In this document: in pieces, positions 10,208-19,627 of the stretch
Numbering within the stretch: the stretch's first letter is position 1
Layout: the number at the start of each line of letters is the position of its first letter
Source: Gemmatimonadota bacterium
Lineage (GTDB): Bacteria > Gemmatimonadota > Gemmatimonadetes > Palauibacterales > Palauibacteraceae
Direction of reading: 5' to 3'
Length of the DNA: 64,000 nt
NCBI GenBank assembly: GCA_039588275.1
Contig: JBDHAC010000003.1
Coordinates: 1-64,000 of the forward strand
Notes under the pieces: generated by a model
Told to the model about the DNA's origin: nothing
Databases searched by the model: none
Seen by the model: only the letters and a program-made list of their open reading frames with translations
Program-made: the position numbers and the translations under genes

Positions 10208-10981
10208 GTGATGACGCTGGCATCGCGCAAGTTCTTCGCGGCGAACTGGAAGATGCACATGGGTCCCGACGAGACGTCTCGCTTCGTCCGTTCGTTCGCG
10301 GCGGCCTACGAAGCACGTGCCGATCGTACCGTGGCCGTCTTCCCACCCGCCATCAGCATCGCGGCTTTCCGGGCGGCGGCGGCAGATCGGCCGGACCTCG
10401 AGGTCGGGATCCAGGACGTTCACGCCGAAGCTCACGGCGCGCACACCGGTGCGATTTCCGCCGGCATGGCGGCGGAGGCGGGAGTCGCCTGGGGGCTTGC
10501 CGGTCACTCGGAGCGCCGGTGCGAGTTCGGAGACGACGACGAGCTGGTGGGTCGCAAGTTGAGCCGCCTGCTGGAGGCGGGAGTGAAGCCGGTCCTCTGC
10601 GTTGGCGAGACGCTCACGCAGCGGGAGGAGGATCGGTTATACGAAGTGCTGTCACGTCAGGTCGCCACCGCGCTACGCGACCTGGCACCGGACGAGCGAG
10701 GGCGCCTCACGTATGCGTACGAGCCGGTGTGGGCGATCGGGACGGGAAAGACGGCCAGCCCGGACGACGCCGCGGGAGCGCACGAGATCCTCAGGAAGCG
10801 GGTGGCTCACCTGACCGACGAGGATACGGCGAACCGCGCGATCATTCTATACGGTGGAAGCGTCAAGCCGGAGAACATCGAGGCCCTGTTGGCGGCCCCA
10901 GGCGTCGACGGCGTGCTCGTCGGAGGGGCGAGTCTCGACAGCGACGGCTTCGCCCGGATCTGCGCGGCCCGAAGCGGGTAA
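10208..10981 (+). CDS. tpiA: Triosephosphate isomerase
   Basis: Motifs ANWKM, GHSERR, AYEPVWAIGTG, YGGSV and LVGGASL. Confidence 0.98.
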   Translation: MMTLASRKFFAANWKMHMGPDETSRFVRSFAAAYEARADRTVAVFPPAISIAAFRAAAADRPDLEVGIQDVHAEAHGAHTGAISAGMAAEAGVAWGLAGHSERRCEFGDDDELVGRKLSRLLEAGVKPVLCVGETLTQREEDRLYEVLSRQVATALRDLAPDERGRLTYAYEPVWAIGTGKTASPDDAAGAHEILRKRVAHLTDEDTANRAIILYGGSVKPENIEALLAAPGVDGVLVGGASLDSDGFARICAARSG

Positions 10982-10989
10982 TGGTCCCG

Positions 10990-11018
10990 TTGCCGGCACC
11001 CGGGCGGCCGCCTAGCTT
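10990..11018 (+). promoter_or_regulatory. Putative sigma70-type promoter for secG (TTGCCG-N17-TAGCTT)
   Basis: Hexamers with exact 17-nt spacing in the tpiA-secG gap. Confidence 0.6.
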
Positions 11019-11103
11019 TCCGCCGCCCGGTCTCCCGGGCGCCGGGTGAGCGACGGGGCGCGGCGTCCGGGCACACGCCCCATATCACAGGAATCGGAAC
11101 GAG

Positions 11104-11544
11104 ATGTACACCGTACTCATAGCTCTTATCGTTCTTCTCGCGCTGTTGCTCTGCGTGATCATCCTCATCCAGTCGGGGAAGGGAGGAGGACTCGCCGCTT
11201 CGTTCGGGGGCGCCTCATCGTCGACCGATTCGTTCATGGGCGGACGCCAGGCGGCCACCGTGCTGACCAAGCTCACGTGGATCGGCGGGGGCATATTCCT
11301 CTTCCTGGCGCTCGTGCTGGCCGTACTCTCCTCTCGGCCGGTCGCGACCCCGGAATCGGTGTTACGGGACGGGCTCGGCGCCGGGACCCCACTCGAACAG
11401 GCACCGACGTCGGTGCTGGATGTGGAGACGGCCCCCGATCCCGCCGAGACGAGCGGAACCGAGGGTGACGAGGCAGGGGGCGACTCCGGTGGAACGACCG
11501 ACACCGGGGATGAGTCGGGTGGTGGCGGCGGGGAGGAGTCGTAG
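11104..11544 (+). CDS. secG: Preprotein translocase subunit SecG with acidic C-terminal tail
   Basis: ILIQ.GKGGGL...FGG motif; two hydrophobic segments; LTKLT; follows tpiA. Confidence 0.95.
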   Translation: MYTVLIALIVLLALLLCVIILIQSGKGGGLAASFGGASSSTDSFMGGRQAATVLTKLTWIGGGIFLFLALVLAVLSSRPVATPESVLRDGLGAGTPLEQAPTSVLDVETAPDPAETSGTEGDEAGGDSGGTTDTGDESGGGGGEES

Positions 11545-11554
11545 CGCTCCCACC

Positions 11555-12187
11555 TCAGGCCTCCGCTGGAGCCGGATCGGGAACGAATGGCTCGTCGGGC
11601 GGCAAGTCCAGGAAATCTTCGAAGTGACCCGAGTCGACCTGGTCGCTGATCCACCCTTCAAATCCCGACGGCACCAATCCGTTCGACTGCTCTCCACCTC
11701 GAGCCGCGCGCACGGCGAGCATATTCGCGTATTCGTTCTTCGGGTGACCCGCATGCCCGCGTACCCACCGCCACTCGACCTCGTGTCGACGGGCTACCCC
11801 GACGAGCTCTTTCCAGAGGTCGAGGTTCTCGATCGGGCCGCCACGGCGGCGCCAGCCGCGGAGCACCCATGAGTGCACCCATTCCTTCATCCCTCGCACG
11901 AGGTACTGGCTGTCGCTCGCGAACACGACCGCGCACGGCCTGCGCAGTGCCCCGAGCCCGAGTATGCCGGACATCAACGCCATGCGGTTGTTCGTGGTGT
12001 CTGGCTCGTAGGCGTAGTAGTCACGGCGGTACCAGCCCGTCCGATCGTCGAAGCGCTCGAGCATACCGGCGGCGGCTCCCGGACGCCCGCGATCCTGAAA
12101 CTGGTTGCCCAGACACGATTCGTCCGCGAAGATTTGGACCAGATTTCGCCTGGCGCTCGGTTCCATCTCCGGCTCCACTGCCGTCAT
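11555..12187 (-). CDS. rnhA: Ribonuclease HI (variant active site)
   Basis: Motifs ADESCLGN, TTNNRM, SDSQYL, W..RGW, N.DLW and WVRGHAGHP.NE; start may instead be 12166. Confidence 0.92.
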   Translation of the reverse strand: MTAVEPEMEPSARRNLVQIFADESCLGNQFQDRGRPGAAAGMLERFDDRTGWYRRDYYAYEPDTTNNRMALMSGILGLGALRRPCAVVFASDSQYLVRGMKEWVHSWVLRGWRRRGGPIENLDLWKELVGVARRHEVEWRWVRGHAGHPKNEYANMLAVRAARGGEQSNGLVPSGFEGWISDQVDSGHFEDFLDLPPDEPFVPDPAPAEA

Positions 12188-12239
12188 CGGTACGACCGTC
12201 CAGATCGAGTCTCGTGGACGGACCCATTCGATACAACGT

Positions 12240-13355
12240 ATGAACGATACGCAAGCACGACCCGGGTATCTTCTTCTGGAGGACGGTCGCCGGTTCGACG
12301 GCGGATACCTCGGGCCCGAGGCGGGCGCCCCGGGCGAGGCCGTATTCACCACGGTGATGACGGGCTACCAGGAGACCCTGACAGATCCCTCGTTTGCGGG
12401 CCAGATCGTCGTGATGACGGCGCCGATGATGGGCGTGTACGGGGTACGTCCAGGTGACGATCAGTCGAGACGACCCTGGGTGGCCGGCTTCGTAGTCAGA
12501 CACCTGTCGAGCGTCGTGGGAGATGGCCCCGCTTCCGGGACTCTCGAGTCTTACCTGCGCGAGCACGAGATCCCGACGCTCGTGGGCGCCGACACGCGCG
12601 CGATCACCCGACATATCCGAGCCGCCGGCGCCATGCGGGCGATCATGATGCCCGGGGACATGTCCCGGGATGACGCTATGGAGCGACTCGTGGCGGAGCC
12701 GGAGATGCTCGGGCGTGATCTGGCCTCGACGGTGAGTACGCCCGAGTCGTACGATCTGCCGGCCTCGGACGGAGACCGGGGTCTCGTGCTTTGCTTGGAT
12801 TACGGCGTGAAGACGCGAAGCCTGGAGCTCCTCCGCTCCAGCGGGTTCCGCGTCCGGGTCGCTCCGGCGGCGACCCCTCCCGAGGAGCTGCTCTCGCAGG
12901 GCGCGAAGGGTGTCTACATCTCGAACGGGCCGGGCGATCCGGAGGCCGTCCCGGGTGCTGTCGAGCGGATATTGGCGGTCAGCGATGCCGGTTTGCCCCT
13001 ATTCGGAATCTGCCTGGGCCATCAGCTGATCGCGCGGGCCTTCGGGGGGCGTAATTACAAGCTTCCGTACGGCCATCGCGGCGGGAACCACCCGGTGCAG
13101 AACCTCGAGACCGAAGCTGTCGAGATCACCTCGCAGAATCACGGTTTCGCCGTCCTCGAAGAAGCCGGGGAAGTCGTGGGCGCCCCGGCTCTCCAAATCA
13201 CACACCGCAACCTGAACGATGGCACCGTGGAAGGCATCCTCCACCGGGAGCGGCCGGTGTTCGCGGTGCAGTTCCATCCTGAATCGGCTCCCGGTCCGCA
13301 CGACAGTCGCTATCTGTTCGACCGCTTCGTTTCCTCGATCGCGGAACTGTCGTAA
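12240..13355 (+). CDS. carA: Carbamoyl-phosphate synthase small subunit
   Basis: Motifs LLEDG, TGYQE.LTDPS, SNGPGDP, GICLGHQ, TSQNHGF and QFHPE..PGP.D. Confidence 0.97.
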   Translation: MNDTQARPGYLLLEDGRRFDGGYLGPEAGAPGEAVFTTVMTGYQETLTDPSFAGQIVVMTAPMMGVYGVRPGDDQSRRPWVAGFVVRHLSSVVGDGPASGTLESYLREHEIPTLVGADTRAITRHIRAAGAMRAIMMPGDMSRDDAMERLVAEPEMLGRDLASTVSTPESYDLPASDGDRGLVLCLDYGVKTRSLELLRSSGFRVRVAPAATPPEELLSQGAKGVYISNGPGDPEAVPGAVERILAVSDAGLPLFGICLGHQLIARAFGGRNYKLPYGHRGGNHPVQNLETEAVEITSQNHGFAVLEEAGEVVGAPALQITHRNLNDGTVEGILHRERPVFAVQFHPESAPGPHDSRYLFDRFVSSIAELS

Positions 13356-13365
13356 TCACAAGAGG

Positions 13366-13394
13366 TTGAACTCTTTGCGGCGGCGCGTTAGCTT
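13366..13394 (+). promoter_or_regulatory. Putative sigma70-type promoter for sppA-HU (TTGAAC-N17-TAGCTT)
   Basis: 17-nt spaced hexamers in the carA-sppA gap. Confidence 0.55.
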
Positions 13395-13515
13395 GAATCG
13401 TGCGGCCGCGACGGTGGGATACCCCCGCGGCCGTGCCGAGCGCTCAGACGGCGCGAGGTAGATCATTGCGCCACAGCTCGGCCACCCAGACGCACCCGAT
13501 CCACCGGTTTCGACC

Positions 13516-14412
13516 GTGACCGATAACCGTCGCAGCACGATCCTGACGATCGGCCTGATCCTGGCCCTCTTCGGCGCCGGAGTCGTGGTTTCCGCGCGGC
13601 TCCTGTTGGGACGCGGCATCCTGCCTGCCGGCGATCGGGTCGCCGTGCTTCCGATCCAGGGCGTCATCGTGTCCGAGCGTGGCATCCTTCGCCATCTGGA
13701 GACGTTTCGAGACGACGGTGGTATCCGCGCGTTTGTGGTCGAAATCCGCTCGCCGGGCGGTGGCGTGGGCGCTTCCCAGGCCATCTATCATGCGCTAAAG
13801 GAGTTACGGGACACGGAGGATCGGCCGGTAGTCGCGTGGATGGGCGACGTCGCGGCGTCGGGCGGGTACTACGTGGCGCTGGCGGCGGACAGCATCTACG
13901 CACTACCGGGGACGCTCACGGGCTCGATCGGCGTGATCATGGAATTTCCCAACGCCGAGGCGCTGTTCCGCAAGGTCGGCGTGGGGTGGGAAGTCGTTAA
14001 AAGCGGCGAGCACAAAGACATGGGATCTCCCTTCCGCCCCCTGAGTCCCGAGGATCGCGCCATCCTTGAGGGCGTCGTGCGAGACGTTCACGACCAGTTC
14101 ACGGAAGTGGTGACCGAGAATCGCCCCCTGGATCGAGCGACCGTGGAGGGACTGGCGGACGGTCGGGTCTTCTCCGGCCGTCAGGCGGTCGAGCTGGGCC
14201 TCGTCGACCGGATCGCGACGTTAGACGAGGCGATCCGGGCGGCCGGGCGGATGGCCGGACTCGGAGAAGATCCCGCCATTCAACGACCCAGGGAGCGCAG
14301 AATCGGCCTTTTTGACGTGTTGCGCGGGTTTTCCGAGACGGAGGCACGGCGGTTGCTAGAGTCGTTCGTGGCACCTGGCGGCGCCCCGAGGCTGCTGTAC
14401 GAGTGGAAATGA
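13516..14412 (+). CDS. sppA: Signal peptide peptidase SppA (36K type, peptidase S49)
   Basis: N-terminal TM segment; SPGG, AASGGYY, GSIGV, KSG.HKD, ADGRVFSG.QA and GLVD. Confidence 0.95.
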   Translation: MTDNRRSTILTIGLILALFGAGVVVSARLLLGRGILPAGDRVAVLPIQGVIVSERGILRHLETFRDDGGIRAFVVEIRSPGGGVGASQAIYHALKELRDTEDRPVVAWMGDVAASGGYYVALAADSIYALPGTLTGSIGVIMEFPNAEALFRKVGVGWEVVKSGEHKDMGSPFRPLSPEDRAILEGVVRDVHDQFTEVVTENRPLDRATVEGLADGRVFSGRQAVELGLVDRIATLDEAIRAAGRMAGLGEDPAIQRPRERRIGLFDVLRGFSETEARRLLESFVAPGGAPRLLYEWK

Positions 14413-14481
14413 CGGGTCCGGCGCTCAGGTCGGCAAGCGAGCCGACCGCGTTCGGGCTATAGGACTGCACGGAGAAGAGCC

Positions 14482-14785
14482 ATGACGAAGGCGGATTTGG
14501 TCGAACAGGTCTACGAGGCGATAGGCCCGGGAGTCACCAAGAAGGACTGTGCGGCCGTCGTGGATCGTTCAAGGTGCGGGAGAGGCGCACGCGAATGGCG
14601 CGAAATCCGCGTACGGGGGACCCGGTCCGTGTTCCGGCGCGGGCGGTGCCGGTGTTCAAACCTTCCAGATTGTTCAAGGAAGAGGTCGCTGCGGCGCCCA
14701 AAGAAGCCGAGTCCCCCGCGGGGGACTTCGAAGCGCCGCCATCCCCGCCGTTCATGGAGCCGGGCGGGGGCGGGTTTCGCGATTT

Positions 14786-14789
<4 letters not shown>
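14482..14789 (+). pseudogene. HU/IHF-family DNA-binding protein with internal deletion and frameshift (or assembly error)
   Basis: MTKADLVEQV...KKDCAAVVD in one frame; FKVRERRTRMARNPRTG..V.VPAR.VP.FKPS continues in another frame from 14568; the central I.GFG segment is absent. Confidence 0.8.
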
Positions 14790-15958
<1,169 letters not shown>

Positions 15959-15969
15959 GGGACTCGTAT

Positions 15970-15998
15970 TTGAAGGTGCCGGGGGGCTCCCCTATCTT
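15970..15998 (+). promoter_or_regulatory. Putative sigma70-type promoter for the hypothetical-moaDEA operon (TTGAAG-N17-TATCTT)
   Basis: 17-nt spaced hexamers in a divergent intergenic region. Confidence 0.5.
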
Positions 15999-16083
15999 CG
16001 AACGACGCTCCTGGGCGTCACGGATGGCCGCAACCGGCCGGCGATGGCGCGCGTCCGTGGAGCGGGGGGCGAATTTGTCGAAG

Positions 16084-16113
16084 ATGTTAGGCTGCACGAC
16101 GCGAGGGCGTCAA
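16084..16113 (-). promoter_or_regulatory. Putative sigma70-type promoter for the aminotransferase (TTGACG-N18-TAACAT)
   Basis: Near-consensus hexamers on the - strand upstream of the 15958 start. Confidence 0.5.
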
Positions 16114-16146
16114 TAGCGATTGGCTCGCGAGGGTGAGCGAGAAGAG

Positions 16147-16467
16147 ATGACGACCGAAACCACGACTACGCTGCCGCCGGACGAGGTCCTGGGCGCGGTA
16201 CGACGCTTCTTCATGGGGTCGGATTCCCTGCATTCGGCGTGGCTCGAGACCGAGAGCGACACGCACGTTTCGTTCGGCACGTTCAGAGGAAACCTGGCGA
16301 TCGCCGCCTTTCCGGATCCCCTGGACGAAGCTCAGACGCGCGTGCGAATCTCGACGCTCCGCGAGGAGAGCGCCGTCGGGAGGCTCGTTACCTATCTGCG
16401 GGCGCGAGAGGCGACCGATCGCGCGGCCCGCGAGAGTGGAGGGGCGGCTGTACCACCGGGAGGCTGA
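16147..16467 (+). CDS. Hypothetical protein (106 aa)
   Basis: Purine-rich RBS-like stretch before the ATG; normal amino-acid composition; leads into moaD. Confidence 0.7.
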   Translation: MTTETTTTLPPDEVLGAVRRFFMGSDSLHSAWLETESDTHVSFGTFRGNLAIAAFPDPLDEAQTRVRISTLREESAVGRLVTYLRAREATDRAARESGGAAVPPGG

Positions 16468-16729
16468 TCCGACCTCGACCATCGGCCCGATCCGGGTACG
16501 AGTGTTGCTGTTCGGCGTATACGGCGAAATGGGCGGCACTCGCGAGTGCCGCGTTTCGCTCCCGGCGGGAAGCCGAGTCGCGGACATCGTGGAGACGCTC
16601 CGCGGGAGGCCGGGGCTCGAGCTCCCGGAACAGCCGGTCGTCGCCGTGAACCAGGCATACGCCGGCCCGGAGGCGGAGCTGTCGGAGGGGGACGAGGTGG
16701 CCTTGATCCCGCCCGTGGCGGGGGGCTGA
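16436..16729 (+). CDS. moaD: Molybdopterin synthase sulfur carrier subunit (start uncertain)
   Basis: Motifs V.VLLF, VAVN..Y and L.EGDEVALIPPVAGG with C-terminal GG. Confidence 0.93.
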   Translation: MEGRLYHREADPTSTIGPIRVRVLLFGVYGEMGGTRECRVSLPAGSRVADIVETLRGRPGLELPEQPVVAVNQAYAGPEAELSEGDEVALIPPVAGG

Positions 16730-17244
16730 TGACGAGAACGTCCGAGGTGGGCACGCGTGCCTCCCCGATGATCCACGCGATCCTCACCGAGAAACCGCTC
16801 GAGTCTCTGGAAGTGTTCCAGAGCGTCGGGACCTCGGCGGACGGCGCAGTGCTGACCTTCGAGGGCCGGGTACGCGATCAGAACGAAGGCCGCCGCGTAA
16901 CCGGTCTCGCCTATGAGGCGTACGCGGAGATGGCGGAGAGGGAGCTTCGGGGGATCTGTGATGAGGCGGCGGCCCGGTTCGACGTGGGAGCGATTATCAC
17001 CGCGCACCGGGTCGGACCGCTCGAGATCGGAGCGCTGTCCGTGCGCATCATGATCGCGGCGCCGCACAGAGCGGAGTGCTACGAAGCATCTCGCTTCGTC
17101 ATCGAGGAGTTGAAGGTGCGAGTTCCTATCTGGAAGCACGAGGTATACGCGGACGGATCCGCCCGCTGGGTCGGAGCCGCGCCCGCAGATGCCGCGCCCG
17201 AGCCTCTCTCACCCGGAAACCGGGCCTCCGAGGACACCCCGTGA
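16729..17244 (+). CDS. moaE: Molybdopterin synthase catalytic subunit
   Basis: Motifs GA...F.G.VR, YEAY..MA, HRVG.L, APHR and LK..VPIWK.E. Confidence 0.95.
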   Translation: MTRTSEVGTRASPMIHAILTEKPLESLEVFQSVGTSADGAVLTFEGRVRDQNEGRRVTGLAYEAYAEMAERELRGICDEAAARFDVGAIITAHRVGPLEIGALSVRIMIAAPHRAECYEASRFVIEELKVRVPIWKHEVYADGSARWVGAAPADAAPEPLSPGNRASEDTP

Positions 17245-18221
17245 GAGATCAGTTCGGACGGCGCATCCAATACCTGCGGATCTCAGTCACCGACAAGTGC
17301 AACCTGCGTTGCACGTACTGTATGCCGGTGGAGGGGCTCGATTGGATCCCCAAGCCGGAGGTCCTGACGTACGAGGAGATCGCATCCATCGTCCGCCAGA
17401 TGGCCGAGCTCGGTCTGGAACGGGTACGCCTCACGGGTGGAGAGCCTCTCGTTCGACGGGATCTGGCGTGCCTGGTGAGGATGCTCGCGGACACCCCCGG
17501 GATCGACGACATCTCGCTCTCCACCAACGCCGTTCTCCTCCCGCGGCATGGGCCGACTCTGAGAGATGCGGGTGTGGAACGCGTCAACATCAGCCTCGAT
17601 ACGCTGCGCAGAGACCGCTTCGAGGCGCTCGCACGTCGACCCGTGCGGTTCTTCGATGAGGCAATGGCCGGGATCGAGGCGGCGGAGTCGATCGGGTTCG
17701 ACCCGATCAAGATCAACTGTGTGGTTCTGCGCGGGCTCAACGATGATGAACTGCTGGACTTCGCGGCCATCACCCGAGAGCGGCCGTGGCACGTGCGGTT
17801 CATCGAGCTCATGCCCGTAGGTCGCAACCTGCACCTGACCGACCGGTTCGTCTCGGCTGACGAGATCCTGGAGCGGATCGCTTCCATCGACGCCATTGAT
17901 CCGGTGGCCGGCCCCATGGGGAACGGCCCGGCACGCTACTATCGTTTCCCGAATGCGAAGGGCACGGTCGGCGTGATCACGCCCCTCTCGCACAACTATT
18001 GTGAGCGGTGCAACCGGATGCGGCTCACCGCGGACGGCAGACTTCGAACCTGCCTCTTCGGTGATCACGAAGTGGATCTCAAGACGCCGCTACGTGAGAC
18101 CGGCCGGATCGACGCGGCGGTCCGCGAAGCGCTGGCCGAAAAACCGGAGCGCCACTATCTGCAGCTGGGCAACGTGTCGGGGAGCGGCGGGTTGGCCGCC
18201 CTCAGCGAAGTGGGCGGCTGA
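17241..18221 (+). CDS. moaA: GTP 3',8-cyclase (radical SAM)
   Basis: YLRISVTDKCNLRCTYCMP; RLTGGEPL; C-terminal CxxCNR.R...C; ends in GG. Confidence 0.97.
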   Translation: MRDQFGRRIQYLRISVTDKCNLRCTYCMPVEGLDWIPKPEVLTYEEIASIVRQMAELGLERVRLTGGEPLVRRDLACLVRMLADTPGIDDISLSTNAVLLPRHGPTLRDAGVERVNISLDTLRRDRFEALARRPVRFFDEAMAGIEAAESIGFDPIKINCVVLRGLNDDELLDFAAITRERPWHVRFIELMPVGRNLHLTDRFVSADEILERIASIDAIDPVAGPMGNGPARYYRFPNAKGTVGVITPLSHNYCERCNRMRLTADGRLRTCLFGDHEVDLKTPLRETGRIDAAVREALAEKPERHYLQLGNVSGSGGLAALSEVGG

Positions 18222-18252
18222 GCCGCGTGGCCCGGCGCAACAGGAGTGAACG

Positions 18253-18489
18253 ATGACCTACGAGGACAGAGAGCGGCACCGGGTGCTCGTGGACAAGCTG
18301 GCGGCCCTGCGAGAGAGCCTGGAGTCCGGTGAATCGGACACCCCCGTCACGCGTGAAGAGGCCCTGGTGTTGGTGGCTCTCCTCGATGAGATCGCGGACA
18401 GGCTGAGCCCCCAACGCATGGACCGTTTGATGGAGACCGTCGCCGACGAAGCTTCGCGTCGGGCGGGCGCTCTGGCGCCCTCGCGCTAG
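18253..18489 (+). CDS. Small hypothetical helical protein (78 aa)
   Basis: AGGAG RBS upstream; amphipathic pattern. Confidence 0.65.
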   Translation: MTYEDRERHRVLVDKLAALRESLESGESDTPVTREEALVLVALLDEIADRLSPQRMDRLMETVADEASRRAGALAPSR

Positions 18490-18550
18490 CGCCGGCCGCC
18501 TCGCGGAAGACGGCTCGAAGCGGGCGACATTCTCTCACCGGGACCCGCCA

Positions 18551-18579
18551 TTGCCGGGCCCACTGAACCCCCCTAGAGT
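18551..18579 (+). promoter_or_regulatory. Putative sigma70-type promoter for mdh (TTGCCG-N17-TAGAGT)
   Basis: 17-nt spaced hexamers; same -35 as the secG and nuoA candidates. Confidence 0.55.
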
Positions 18580-18688
18580 GCTGCAGGAAGGTGTCGCGGG
18601 ACTCCGCCGGCACCGGATCAGCGGGCGGGTCGTCGCCTGAGGCGCGATCGCCCAACGCCTGCCCCTAAAACGATTTGAGGGACTCACC

Positions 18689-19627
18689 GTGGACAGGATA
18701 ACAGTCGTAGGAGCCGGTCACGTGGGGGCCACTGCGGCTCAACGCATCGCGGAGCGCGAGCTGGCCCGCGAAGTCGTGGTGGTCGACATCATCGAAGGAC
18801 TTCCGGAAGGGAAGGCGCTGGACCAGTGGGAATCCGCCCCCGTGGAGGGATTCGACACGCGCGTGGTCGGGGCGCAGACGTACGAAGAGACCGCAGGTTC
18901 CGGGATCTACGTCGTCACGGCCGGACTGGCGCGGAAACCGGGTATGAGCCGGGACGACCTGGTCACGAAGAACGCCGCAATCATCCAGACGATCTCGGAG
19001 CAGATCCGGGCCCACAGTCCGGACGCGATCATCATCATGGTCACCAACCCGCTGGATGTGATGAGCTACGTGGCCAAGGAAGTGACGGGGTTCCCGCGCG
19101 AGCGTGTGGTCGGGATGGCGGGGATCCTCGATACGGCACGATTCCGCGCGTTCATCGCGACGGAATTGGATGTGAGCGTAGAGGACATCCAGGCGCTCGT
19201 GCTGGGCGGGCATGGCGACAGCATGGTCCCGATCGTCAGCACAGTGTCGGTGGGTGGCATCCCGTTGACCGAGTTGCTGCCGGCCGACCGCATAGAGGCG
19301 TTGGTCGAGCGGACTCGCAAAGGTGGGGGAGAGATCGTCGGGCTGCTCAAGACGGGCAGCGCGTATTACGCGCCCTCGGCCGCCTCGACCCAGATGGTGG
19401 AAGCGATCGTGCGCGACAAGCGTCGCGTGCTTCCGTGCGCGGTGTGGCTGGAGGGCGAGTACGGTCTTGACGGCCTCTTCATCGGTGCGCCCTGCAAGCT
19501 CGGACGCGGCGGCATGGAGGGAGTCTTCGAGGTCTCGCTCACGGACGAGGAATTGGCGGCACTCCACCGATCCGCCGAGGATGTCCGGGAGACGATGGGC
19601 GTTGTCGAGCTCCAGCCGGTCGCCTAG
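18689..19627 (+). CDS. mdh: Malate dehydrogenase (LDH-like)
   Basis: Motifs GAGHVG, TAGLARKPGMSRDDL, NPLD, LDTARF, LGGHGD and GSAYYAP. Confidence 0.97.
   Translation: MDRITVVGAGHVGATAAQRIAERELAREVVVVDIIEGLPEGKALDQWESAPVEGFDTRVVGAQTYEETAGSGIYVVTAGLARKPGMSRDDLVTKNAAIIQTISEQIRAHSPDAIIIMVTNPLDVMSYVAKEVTGFPRERVVGMAGILDTARFRAFIATELDVSVEDIQALVLGGHGDSMVPIVSTVSVGGIPLTELLPADRIEALVERTRKGGGEIVGLLKTGSAYYAPSAASTQMVEAIVRDKRRVLPCAVWLEGEYGLDGLFIGAPCKLGRGGMEGVFEVSLTDEELAALHRSAEDVRETMGVVELQPVA

Noticed and set aside
11545..11554. tRNA-Leu often found after secG
   Set aside because: Only 10 nt separate secG from the convergent rnhA stop; no tRNA is visible anywhere in the window.
14429..14448. GGTCGGC/GCCGACC hairpin after sppA as an intrinsic terminator
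   Set aside because: No U-tract follows, and the downstream gene is on the same strand.
14560..14575. Programmed frameshift explanation for the HU gene
   Set aside because: No slippery sequence, and a frameshift could not restore the missing GFG-containing segment.
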